Source: a virus
Length of the DNA stretch: 64,000 bases
Virus record (IMG/VR): IMGVR_UViG_3300043570_001741
Coordinates: 93,714-157,713 of that record
Reading direction: 5' to 3' (one strand)
Each line of letters starts with the position of its first letter. Within the stretch, counting starts at the first letter, position 1. The position numbers and the translations under genes were made by a program. This document shows, piece after piece, positions 8,875 through 16,705 of this stretch. The notes beneath the pieces are model-generated. The model was not told where the DNA came from. It saw only the letters and a list, made by a program, of their open reading frames with translations, and did no database searches.

Positions 8875-9258
8875 ATGAGTGAAATTCTGCAAGAAACTAC
8901 AATTTGGACAGGCCATTATGGTGCCTGTAATCACACGTATTTACTAGATAATCAAAATAAGATTATCGCATATATCAAACAAAATGATAATAAAGTAAAT
9001 ATATTAAAAACCCAAATCAAACTAGATAAACGTTATCGGACATTTAATAAAGTCCGTAATATTCAATTAGAATTATTATCTGGTAAATCCATAAAGAATA
9101 ATACCCGTATATTCAAAGTAAAAAGTAAAGATAAAGAATATAATGTTGAATTAATAGATTCTCATTATACCTGCACCTGTACTGGTTTTAATTTTCGTGG
9201 TAAATGTAAACATATTGACGCTGTTGCAAAAACACTACAGTCTGCCGAAATCGCTTGA
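8875..9258 (+). CDS. SWIM zinc-finger protein
   Basis: YNV...CTCTGFNFRGKCKH (CxC-n-CxH). Confidence 0.85.
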   Translation: MSEILQETTIWTGHYGACNHTYLLDNQNKIIAYIKQNDNKVNILKTQIKLDKRYRTFNKVRNIQLELLSGKSIKNNTRIFKVKSKDKEYNVELIDSHYTCTCTGFNFRGKCKHIDAVAKTLQSAEIA

Positions 9259-9308
9259 CAAACCTGCCCGAATCTGTATAATGGTACCTGTTGAGTTGAT
9301 AAGGACAT
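9222..9308 (+). promoter_or_regulatory. Early promoter cassette, copy 1
   Basis: TGTTG-N8-CTACA 9222-9239; TTGACA 9255-9260; TATAAT 9277-9282; AAGGA SD. Confidence 0.85.
9275..9308 (+). repeat. 34-bp direct repeat (-10 box, leader, SD), identical to 11053-11086
   Basis: TGTATAATGGTACCTGTTGAGTTGATAAGGACAT at both sites. Confidence 0.95.
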
Positions 9309-9311
9309 CAA

Positions 9312-9548
9312 ATGAAAGATAAATTGACATGGGAATTGCAGGCATATGGCTCGCCTGCTGATGATATCATTGCTTCTGTGGAAGAATCAATGACTTTTAA
9401 ATTTTCAGGTGTGGGCATGGTCATTGCTTCGTACCTGTCGGATGCTCAAGAAATGTTAGAGCGTGACAACAAAAACGCTTCTCGCCAATATATCAATATT
9501 GCTAAAATGTTGATAATGCATTATGACCTTGGTTTCAAACGTGCTTAA
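9312..9548 (+). CDS. Hypothetical early protein
   Basis: ORF behind promoter and SD. Confidence 0.75.
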   Translation: MKDKLTWELQAYGSPADDIIASVEESMTFKFSGVGMVIASYLSDAQEMLERDNKNASRQYINIAKMLIMHYDLGFKRA

Positions 9549-9558
9549 GGATAAAAAA

Positions 9559-9831
9559 ATGTCTGCTACAAAAGAATACACCATCGAAATTTACAAAACC
9601 GACCGCCGCACAAAAGAAGGCCGCCGTCTGGTTGCTAAACAGGAATTTGCTCCTGTAACTAAAGATTACATCGGCTACGTAGCTGATGCAAAGCGCAATT
9701 TAGGTTTTACTGTAGAAGTTTTTGAAACCTGGGTTACTAAAAAGAATTTAATTTCTGGAAAAGAATATCAGGAAAAATACGATACACCGCATTTTTGCTC
9801 TGCTTCTTCAGAATCATATTGGTCAATGTAA
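9559..9831 (+). CDS. Hypothetical early protein (start moved from 9523)
   Basis: TAAGGA SD before ATG 9559; ends DTPHFCSASSESYWSM. Confidence 0.75.
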   Translation: MSATKEYTIEIYKTDRRTKEGRRLVAKQEFAPVTKDYIGYVADAKRNLGFTVEVFETWVTKKNLISGKEYQEKYDTPHFCSASSESYWSM

Positions 9832-9840
9832 GGATAAAAA

Positions 9841-10152
9841 ATGAAATTGCTCATCACCACACAAAATTTAGAAAACTACGGCGCCCATGATTGGGACGGA
9901 GTTGGCGAGTGCCCACAATATTGGAAAGCCAAGGGTGGTAGTGATTATGTGGTAAAGAATTTTACCAATTTCAATAATACCACAGAAGCCGTTATGGCTC
10001 TCCGTGGCCAAATTGAAGAGGACAGCGAGTATTATCGTTCCTTTATTATTGATTGGGAAGTTGTGGCTGATGACTACCTCACCGAGTTTGAGCAAATGCA
10101 GCTGGACTATGAAGGCAAGATTCGTTTTGCTGCCAAAGAATTGACATTGTAA
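9841..10152 (+). CDS. Hypothetical early protein
   Basis: ENYGAHDWDG..ECPQYWK.KGG motif; TAAGGA SD. Confidence 0.8.
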   Translation: MKLLITTQNLENYGAHDWDGVGECPQYWKAKGGSDYVVKNFTNFNNTTEAVMALRGQIEEDSEYYRSFIIDWEVVADDYLTEFEQMQLDYEGKIRFAAKELTL

Positions 10153-10161
10153 GGATATATT

Positions 10162-10296
10162 ATGTGGCGAATTGTTTATTTAAATGACAGATATGGTATA
10201 ATGAATTTGCTGACCGAAGAATGCTGCGGTTGGTATGAATTTAAATCGGATGCTAAAGAAGCTTTCGAATCTTTGCGTAAAAATGGAGAACTTTAA
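10162..10296 (+). CDS. Small hypothetical protein, 44 aa
   Basis: TAAGGA SD; MWRIVYLNDRYGIMNLLTEECCGWYEFK...; fills the intergenic gap. Confidence 0.6.
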   Translation: MWRIVYLNDRYGIMNLLTEECCGWYEFKSDAKEAFESLRKNGEL

Positions 10297-10298
10297 TT

Positions 10299-10646
10299 AT
10301 GGCTTATATGAACCAACAAAAGAAAGCAGTTATTGCTGCAGCTTTAAAACCTATTTTGAAAAAGTACAATCTCAAAGGTTCTTTGCGGGTTAACAATCAT
10401 TCAAGCATTATGTTAAACCTGAAATCTGGCCCAATTGATTTTGGCGGTGATTATGTTCAGGTTAATCCTTATTGGCTCGATGACCATTATGATGGTGTAG
10501 CCTTAGAAGCTTTGAAAGAAATCAAAGAAGCTTTGCTCTCGGCTGATTATTATGACCATTCCGATGCTCAGACTGATTATTTCAATACGGCATATTATTA
10601 CCACATTCATGTTGGTAAATGGGATAAACCATACGTATGTCAATAA
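10299..10646 (+). CDS. Hypothetical protein, possibly related to LPD25/LPD29 polyvalent-protein domains
   Basis: SDAQTDYFN motif; family call is tentative. Confidence 0.5.
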   Translation: MAYMNQQKKAVIAAALKPILKKYNLKGSLRVNNHSSIMLNLKSGPIDFGGDYVQVNPYWLDDHYDGVALEALKEIKEALLSADYYDHSDAQTDYFNTAYYYHIHVGKWDKPYVCQ

Positions 10647-10984
10647 TTTATACTTACCAAAAGTCTAAAAAGAAAAGCAAGACCAAAAAGGAAATTGCTG
10701 AGTATCAGGCATGGCTTGATAGCGTCAACAATATGTCCACTGGCTTTTCTAAACTAAAACCTAAAGTGATAAATTCTGGTGTTCCGAAACTGACCACACC
10801 CGTTGGTCGTGAAACGCCAAAATATCCTAGTTTTGAAACGTTTGGTGGTTCTGCTACAAAACCAATTCAAGGTAAAGTTTATACTGGTACTGCTATGAAG
10901 GGTATTGGCACTTTGCACAAAAGCAATGCGGTTCCTATATTTTCGGATGAGGAAGCTCGTGACCAGGCATTGATGCGGAGATGA
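10637..10984 (+). CDS. Conserved phage hypothetical protein
   Basis: C-terminal YTGT..KGIGTLHKSNAVP..S.EEA.D...MRR pattern. Confidence 0.75.
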   Translation: MSIIYTYQKSKKKSKTKKEIAEYQAWLDSVNNMSTGFSKLKPKVINSGVPKLTTPVGRETPKYPSFETFGGSATKPIQGKVYTGTAMKGIGTLHKSNAVPIFSDEEARDQALMRR

Positions 10985-10999
10985 ATACTTTAGTATTAC

Positions 11000-11086
11000 T
11001 GTTGCTTTCACGCAACACCTGCCAAAAAGTGCTTGACTATCCTGCCAGTTTGTGTATAATGGTACCTGTTGAGTTGATAAGGACAT
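11000..11086 (+). promoter_or_regulatory. Early promoter cassette, copy 2
   Basis: TGTTG-N8-CAACA 11000-11017; TTGACT 11033-11038; TATAAT 11055-11060; SD. Confidence 0.85.
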
Positions 11087-11090
11087 TGAA

Positions 11091-11840
11091 ATGAATTTGC
11101 TATCTACAGGTAACCCCAAAATTTTAAAAGGTTTGGCACAAGGTTACAATACCTACATTTTGCACCTGGCTCCTGCTGACTTGTCAGGTTATGAAACCTG
11201 CGCTAAACGTACCATTGGTTGCACAGCTGCTTGCTTGAACCTCGCTGGTCGTGGCGGTATGTTCAAGCGTGGCGAATTTACCAACGTCATTCAAAAAGCT
11301 CGTATTCGCAAAACCAAAATGTTTTTCGAAGACCGTATTACATTTATGAATTTGTTGGTTAAAGATATTGAATTGGGCATTAAACAAAGCAAACGCCTTG
11401 GCTTAATTCCTGTTTTCCGTTTGAACGGCACCTCTGACCTTGCTTTTGAAAAGTATGAGGTCAACCGCAATGGACAAACCTATTCAAACATTTTCTACGC
11501 TTTTCCTGAAGTGACATTTTATGATTACACCAAAATTCTTGGTCGTAAAATTAAAATGGTTCCCAATTATTCGTTGACATTTTCTGCCGCTGATGGTAAT
11601 GATGCTGACGTTTATGCTGCCATTCAACAAGGTTACAATGTTGCTACGGTGTTCGGTTTGAAAAAGACTGAACCAATGCCTGATAGCTACATGGGTCGTC
11701 CTGTTTTTAATGGCGATGAATCAGACCTGCGGTTTCTGGATCCCAAAGGTGTTGTGGTCGGTTTGTATGCAAAAGGCAAAGCCAAAAAAGATACAACCGG
11801 TTTTGTAAAGTATCCAGTTCTAATGATGAAAGCTGCGTAA
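11091..11840 (+). CDS. GP88-family protein
   Basis: LAPA.LSG..TC......C...C, RLNGTSD and FYDYTK motifs. Confidence 0.75.
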   Translation: MNLLSTGNPKILKGLAQGYNTYILHLAPADLSGYETCAKRTIGCTAACLNLAGRGGMFKRGEFTNVIQKARIRKTKMFFEDRITFMNLLVKDIELGIKQSKRLGLIPVFRLNGTSDLAFEKYEVNRNGQTYSNIFYAFPEVTFYDYTKILGRKIKMVPNYSLTFSAADGNDADVYAAIQQGYNVATVFGLKKTEPMPDSYMGRPVFNGDESDLRFLDPKGVVVGLYAKGKAKKDTTGFVKYPVLMMKAA

Positions 11841-11974
11841 TGATAAAAGAATTTTTCTTCTACCTCGATGCATGGAAATTTTGTAGAGATAATGACCTTC
11901 CCGTATCTCTAATTGTCCGTAAAAATTGGAAAGTTTGGGAAGTTGATTTTGAAATGAATGAAATGGAGTCTTAA
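11840..11974 (+). CDS. Small hypothetical protein, 44 aa
   Basis: TAATG coupling; MIKEFFFYLDAWKFCRDNDLP... Confidence 0.6.
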   Translation: MIKEFFFYLDAWKFCRDNDLPVSLIVRKNWKVWEVDFEMNEMES

Positions 11975-12211
11975 ATGAAAAGATTGTTAGTTATCCCTTT
12001 AGTGTTATCTTTGGTTGCTTGCTCGTCAACACCAACCTATAAATTGACGAACTATAAAGGCCCTGAAGCCATGGACCGAAACGAAGCAGTACAAGCTGCT
12101 AAACAATGTGTGTTCGCTAAAATGCGACCAAATGTGGAATATATTTCCGTAAAAACCGATGCTGGTCCCAAAGTTATGGTGCCTATAAATGTTCATTGCG
12201 AACCATTTTGA
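11975..12211 (+). CDS. Lipoprotein
   Basis: MKR + hydrophobic stretch + LVAC lipobox. Confidence 0.8.
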   Translation: MKRLLVIPLVLSLVACSSTPTYKLTNYKGPEAMDRNEAVQAAKQCVFAKMRPNVEYISVKTDAGPKVMVPINVHCEPF

Positions 12212-12217
12212 TTGTAA

Positions 12218-12535
12218 ATGCTTAATCAGGAAACATTAGAACTGATTTTATTGGGTGGCATTGGTATTGTCATTCTTGGTTTTTTCTGGAGAATTATTGT
12301 TATTGGTGCTGCATTGCTTTTTGCTATTGTAGTTCTTGCTAACCATACACCACCTACTGAAACCAGAACCGTTGCACCTTCTGTGGTTGTGCAACAAGAG
12401 GTTGTAATAGAACCGCAAAAAGTGAACGACCCTCGCCGTGAGGAATACGTTCAAGGATGTGTAAGATATGGATTCACCAAGCAATCTTGTGAAGATTATT
12501 GGGATGGAAAAGTTGATAGTTTAATGGAGATTTAA
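12218..12535 (+). CDS. Membrane protein with C-terminal Cys pair
   Basis: Two N-terminal hydrophobic segments. Confidence 0.75.
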   Translation: MLNQETLELILLGGIGIVILGFFWRIIVIGAALLFAIVVLANHTPPTETRTVAPSVVVQQEVVIEPQKVNDPRREEYVQGCVRYGFTKQSCEDYWDGKVDSLMEI

Positions 12536-12536
12536 A

Positions 12537-12917
12537 ATGGGAACACGTAGTTTGACTTTTGTTTATGAAGAAAACAAACCAATTATCAACATGTACCGCC
12601 AATTCGATGGCTATCCAGAAGGTCACGGCCAAGAACTGGCTGATTTTCTGTTGTCTGGTAAATTGGTAAATGGTTTTTCTGAAACTCAAACCGTGCAGTT
12701 TAATGGCATGGGTTGCTTGGCAGCTCAGATGATTGCCAACTTTAAGAAATCTGTAGGAGGTTTCTACATTTATCCTATTGAATCTAATTCATGCTGGCAA
12801 GATTATGAATACCACGTTTATGAAGAAACTGTGGTTGTAAAGAATCCCGACCAAGTTATCTTTGATGGCACTTGGGAAGAATTCAAAGCTTTCTGTTGCG
12901 AAATGGCGACAGACTGA
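12537..12917 (+). CDS. Conserved phage hypothetical protein
   Basis: MGTRS...YRQFDGYPEGHG and NGMGCLAAQ motifs. Confidence 0.8.
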   Translation: MGTRSLTFVYEENKPIINMYRQFDGYPEGHGQELADFLLSGKLVNGFSETQTVQFNGMGCLAAQMIANFKKSVGGFYIYPIESNSCWQDYEYHVYEETVVVKNPDQVIFDGTWEEFKAFCCEMATD

Positions 12918-12966
12918 GGCAACAATGGCGATGCCTCTTGACAAACTCGCCTATTTGTGTTACACT
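12894..12966 (+). promoter_or_regulatory. Early sigma70 promoter with TGTTG-N8-CGACA palindrome
   Basis: Palindrome 12894-12911; TTGACA 12938-12943, 17 bp spacer, TG-extended TACACT 12961-12966. Confidence 0.75.
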
Positions 12967-12997
12967 TGAAGTTCTTAAATTATATTGGAGTTATATT

Positions 12998-13426
12998 ATG
13001 GCCCGTGGAAAATCTACTAAACTAAAGCCCTTTCAGAAATTGTTGACCGTTATGATTAGCGGCAACCCAACAACAGTCGAAGAAATCGATGCCTTACTTG
13101 GCAAAGAAATCCAAATGTATCGCTTGTCGACCTACATTTGGCACATTAAGACCAATGCCGATGGCGTTGTTCGTGCAATCAAAGATGGTCGCAAAGTGAC
13201 CGCTTATCAAATCGTTAACGTTCCTGACGTTAAAAAATACATGAGTCGTGTTGGCATTACCAACAGCGGATTCGTAGCAGGTCAACCTGCACCAGCGCCT
13301 GTAACTAAGGCTAAGAAAACTAAGGTTGAGAAACTGGCTGACTTGGCCGCCACACCAATCGAAACACCAGTTATTGTTGAACCAGTAGCTGAGTTACAAG
13401 TGACAGAAATCACCGTAACGGAATGA
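12998..13426 (+). CDS. Putative winged-helix DNA-binding protein (start moved from 12872)
   Basis: GGAG SD; LLTVM...PTTVEEIDALLG...RLSTYIWHIK...GVVRAIKDGRKVTAYQI fits a wHTH pattern; low-complexity tail. Confidence 0.6.
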   Translation: MARGKSTKLKPFQKLLTVMISGNPTTVEEIDALLGKEIQMYRLSTYIWHIKTNADGVVRAIKDGRKVTAYQIVNVPDVKKYMSRVGITNSGFVAGQPAPAPVTKAKKTKVEKLADLAATPIETPVIVEPVAELQVTEITVTE

Positions 13427-13698
13427 AAGATGTGCAAAAAGAAATCCTTCTGATTGCTCAGGAGGAATGTGCAGAGGTCACCCAAGCTATTTCTAAAGTG
13501 TTTCGTTTCGGTATTGAGGCCAAATATAATGGCAAAACCAATCGTGAGCGCTTAACGGAAGAAGTTGGTGACCTTCTTTGCATGATTGATTTGATGGTTG
13601 AAAGAAAAATCATTGATGATACAAATGTACATGAAGCTATGCTAGCTAAAAAAGCAAAATTACAAACTTGGTCAAATATCTTTGGAGAAAATAAATGA
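13423..13698 (+). CDS. MazG-like NTP pyrophosphohydrolase
   Basis: EECAEV and EEVGDLL motifs. Confidence 0.8.
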   Translation: MKDVQKEILLIAQEECAEVTQAISKVFRFGIEAKYNGKTNRERLTEEVGDLLCMIDLMVERKIIDDTNVHEAMLAKKAKLQTWSNIFGENK

Positions 13699-14135
13699 GT
13701 TATATAATTACACTTGAGAACGATCCAGAAACTGGCGATTTGATTTTGCCATTGCCAGATGAATTGTTGAGAGAAGCTGGTTGGCAAACTGGCGACACTT
13801 TAGACTGGAAAGATAATGGTGATGGAACATTCACTATGACTAAAAAAGAAGAAACTGAATGGGTACTTGTTGAAGCTATCTCTCAGTTCCGTGAACGCTA
13901 TATGGTCGAAGTGCCAAAAGGCAAAGCAGAATGGGCTCTTGATACTGTAACCCTGAATGAAGCACAAGAATTTAGCCAAGAACATCTTGGTGAAGTGATT
14001 GTCTCTCACCGTGTTGTATCATTTGATGAAGCCTTGGAAATGTGTGATAAAGATAATCACTATTGTAAAGATTGGGACAATGAGCACAAGATAAGAGCCT
14101 TCTTTTCAAAAGAAGGCGTAAAGTATGACGTATGA
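13695..14135 (+). CDS. AbrB/SpoVT-like domain protein with C-terminal extension
   Basis: GDLILPLPDELL..AGW..GD.L.W motif. Confidence 0.65.
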   Translation: MSYIITLENDPETGDLILPLPDELLREAGWQTGDTLDWKDNGDGTFTMTKKEETEWVLVEAISQFRERYMVEVPKGKAEWALDTVTLNEAQEFSQEHLGEVIVSHRVVSFDEALEMCDKDNHYCKDWDNEHKIRAFFSKEGVKYDV

Positions 14136-14680
14136 ATATTTTTTACCTAGACCATGATGTTTTAAAATGTGCTAAGATGCACAATGACAAACACACAGTT
14201 AAAATGATTCTTGAATATGCTCAATTACTTTCTACTGCTCATCGTTATCTTGATGGTAATATCGTTACTGGCCTCAGTAAAACTGGTCGTAAACAAGTTA
14301 GATATGTACTTTCTGATAATCGTGAATCTATTTTGTATAGTGCTACTCATATCAACCATCCTTCAGCAATTTGGGTGAGACAGACACATGAGAATTATCG
14401 ATGGTTGCAAGCTATGCTTGTAGCACTATGTGGTGAGTATTCTTATCGTTATGGTAAAATTCATAAATCTGAACGTGATGGTTTAGTTGACCAATTAGCA
14501 CAGGTGCCAAATTCAATACCATTTGGCACATTTACTGAACCAACTCCTGCGATGCCTGATGAAGTGAAAGTTGCAGGCGATTCTATAGCTTCTTATCGTA
14601 GTTACTATATAAACAACAAGGCGCATTTAGCGTCATGGAAAAAGCGTAATCAACCGGAGTGGTATAGTGCCCTTGTATAG
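14132..14680 (+). CDS. Pyrimidine-dimer DNA glycosylase family protein
   Basis: MNIFYLD...DKH.VKMILE.AQLLST, H.NHPS..W and YR.YY motifs. Confidence 0.8.
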   Translation: MNIFYLDHDVLKCAKMHNDKHTVKMILEYAQLLSTAHRYLDGNIVTGLSKTGRKQVRYVLSDNRESILYSATHINHPSAIWVRQTHENYRWLQAMLVALCGEYSYRYGKIHKSERDGLVDQLAQVPNSIPFGTFTEPTPAMPDEVKVAGDSIASYRSYYINNKAHLASWKKRNQPEWYSALV

Positions 14681-14960
14681 TTTTTTAGACACCGAAACAG
14701 GTGAAGAATTTGAATCATTTATGAGCATTTCTGCTCGTGAAGAATATCTACAAACCAATCCAACAATTCATTCAGTTGTAACATCGGCTGCAATTGTTAG
14801 TGGAGTTTCCGTTACTGGTAAAGTGCCTGATGGATTCAAAGAAGTGCTTTCTAAAATTTCAGAGAATCACAAATCAAGTGAAGTTGCTAGTCGTCATGGC
14901 CAGCGTTCATCAAAAGAAATTAAGACCAAACAATTGGTTGATAAACACATAGGAAGATAA
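14667..14960 (+). CDS. FmdB-like small protein (Cys-less variant)
   Basis: MPLYSF....TGEEFE N-terminus and GFKEVLSKI motif. Confidence 0.6.
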   Translation: MPLYSFLDTETGEEFESFMSISAREEYLQTNPTIHSVVTSAAIVSGVSVTGKVPDGFKEVLSKISENHKSSEVASRHGQRSSKEIKTKQLVDKHIGR

Positions 14961-14962
14961 GT

Positions 14963-15655
14963 TTGGCATTTAATCATGTAAAATTGAAAGAGTTGGATTT
15001 CGATTTAAAAGCAATTACAACTGATAGTGGTCGTCAATATCTAACACCTGATGGCCATTCTTTTCCATCCGTAACCACAGTATTGTCGGATTATAATAAG
15101 AAGGCTTTATTTGAATGGCGTGAAAGAGTTGGTGCTGAAGAAGCAAATAGAATTGCAGCCAAAGCCTCAAGTCGTGGAACAAAGTTACATACAATATGTG
15201 AAAACTATTTGATGAATGAATTGACTCCTATAAAAATGACATCCATGATGCCAGATACCAAAGAGTTGTTTCTGTCTTTGAAACCACATATTGATACGAA
15301 CATTGGTAATGTATATTCAATTGAACAAGCATTGTATTCAACTCGCCTCAGATTGGCAGGCCGTGTTGATTGTATTGCAGAATGGAATGGCCAACTATCA
15401 GTGATTGACTTTAAAACTTCTACTAGAGAAAAGTCAGAAGAAGGTATTTTAAATTACTTCATGCAATGTACAGCTTATGCAACCATGTTTGAAGAAATTA
15501 CACATAAACCAATCAATCAATTGGTGGTTGCTATTGCAGTTGCTGATGGTAGTAATCAAATTTTTGTTAAAGAGAAAAGTCAACATTACATTGATTCTTT
15601 AGATAGTTACATTGCTAAGTATTGGAAGAAAAAGTATAAACAACAAGGTGAATGA
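14963..15655 (+). CDS. PD-(D/E)XK exonuclease (Cas4/ExoA-like)
   Basis: PSVTTVL, RGT.LH...E, AGRVDC..E, IDFKTS and YFMQ..AY motifs; TTG start. Confidence 0.9.
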   Translation: MAFNHVKLKELDFDLKAITTDSGRQYLTPDGHSFPSVTTVLSDYNKKALFEWRERVGAEEANRIAAKASSRGTKLHTICENYLMNELTPIKMTSMMPDTKELFLSLKPHIDTNIGNVYSIEQALYSTRLRLAGRVDCIAEWNGQLSVIDFKTSTREKSEEGILNYFMQCTAYATMFEEITHKPINQLVVAIAVADGSNQIFVKEKSQHYIDSLDSYIAKYWKKKYKQQGE

Positions 15656-15656
15656 A

Positions 15657-16022
15657 ATGCCAATTACACGTAAACAAGGTTTTATAGAAAAAGGTTGGGG
15701 ACACGAACTTATTTGGGCCACGAATGATAAATATGCTGGTAAGTTGCTGAAGTTTAACAAAGATGCCAGATTCAGCATGCACTTCCATTCCGTTAAAGAT
15801 GAAACATGGTATGTTTTGTCTGGTAAATTCGAAGTGAAATATATTCTAACCAAAGACGCTTCAATCAAGTCTCAAATTCTGGAACCAGGTTCTGTTTGGC
15901 GAAACGAACCTCTTGAACCTCATCAAATCATCTGCCTAGAGGAAGGCACAATCATAGAAGTTAGCACACCAGATTCCGTTGAGGATAACTATCGTGTGTT
16001 TCCTGGAGATTCTCAGAAATGA
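15657..16022 (+). CDS. Cupin, mannose-6-phosphate isomerase-like (start moved from 15612)
   Basis: KGWG.E..W, SMHFH..KDETW, PH, EVST and DNYRV..GDSQ motifs. Confidence 0.8.
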   Translation: MPITRKQGFIEKGWGHELIWATNDKYAGKLLKFNKDARFSMHFHSVKDETWYVLSGKFEVKYILTKDASIKSQILEPGSVWRNEPLEPHQIICLEEGTIIEVSTPDSVEDNYRVFPGDSQK

Positions 16023-16690
16023 AAGTTTACATAAGCAAGTATCGATATCACTGGATATCACCATATCATATCTTAGAAAAGGTTTGTTTTTGGGAAAAAG
16101 ACAACGATGTGTTTTACAACCATGAAGAAAAGCCTGGTAACAAGTATGACAAATGGGTGAATCGTTTAAACCCTATCTGTAAAGCTTTACATAAGTTTTT
16201 AGATTTTGTTCATCCTAAAATTGACTATGTGAAGGTTGATAGATGGGACACTTGGTCAATGGATCACACCCTTGGTATGATTGCTTTGCCAATGTTGAAA
16301 CAATTGCAAACAAGCAAACACGGTGCACCAAATGTCGATGATGAAGATGTGCCAGATGAATTGAAATCCACTTCAGCTCCACCAAAAGAGAATGAATGGG
16401 ATACAGATGAGAACTGGCATAAGCGCTGGGATTGGGTAATGAATGAAATGATTTTTGCATTCGAACATCACCTTGACACTAAGTGGGAAGAAGCATATTC
16501 TAAAGGCAAATGGAGTACAAGAAGTGAAGCCTGTAAGTGGGATGAAAATAAGAAACCAAAGATGTTTAAAATGGTTTACAATGATGACCACACACATGAA
16601 ACTGATTATGAAGCTCTAAAGATTGTACATGAAAGAATTGCAAATGGTTTTAAGCTGTTTGGTAAGTATTATCGAAACCTTTGGGACTAA
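16019..16690 (+). CDS. Conserved phage hypothetical protein
   Basis: DTWSMDHTL...PMLKQL...KHGAP and GF.LFGKYY.NLWD patterns. Confidence 0.8.
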   Translation: MKVYISKYRYHWISPYHILEKVCFWEKDNDVFYNHEEKPGNKYDKWVNRLNPICKALHKFLDFVHPKIDYVKVDRWDTWSMDHTLGMIALPMLKQLQTSKHGAPNVDDEDVPDELKSTSAPPKENEWDTDENWHKRWDWVMNEMIFAFEHHLDTKWEEAYSKGKWSTRSEACKWDENKKPKMFKMVYNDDHTHETDYEALKIVHERIANGFKLFGKYYRNLWD

Positions 16691-16705
16691 AAAAGAAAGG
16701 ATAGG

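Noticed and set aside
11975-12535. Rz/Rz1 spanin pair
   Set aside because: Early context, lipoprotein gene comes first, and the membrane protein lacks a long periplasmic coiled coil.
2150-12912. Palindrome as a LexA SOS box or MotA box
   Set aside because: Arm sequence and spacing (TGTTG-N8-CAACA) match neither CTGT-N8-ACAG nor the asymmetric MotA box.
14963-15655. Cas4 as evidence of a CRISPR system
   Set aside because: It is a stand-alone PD-(D/E)XK exonuclease of a kind common in T4-like phages, with no array or other cas genes.
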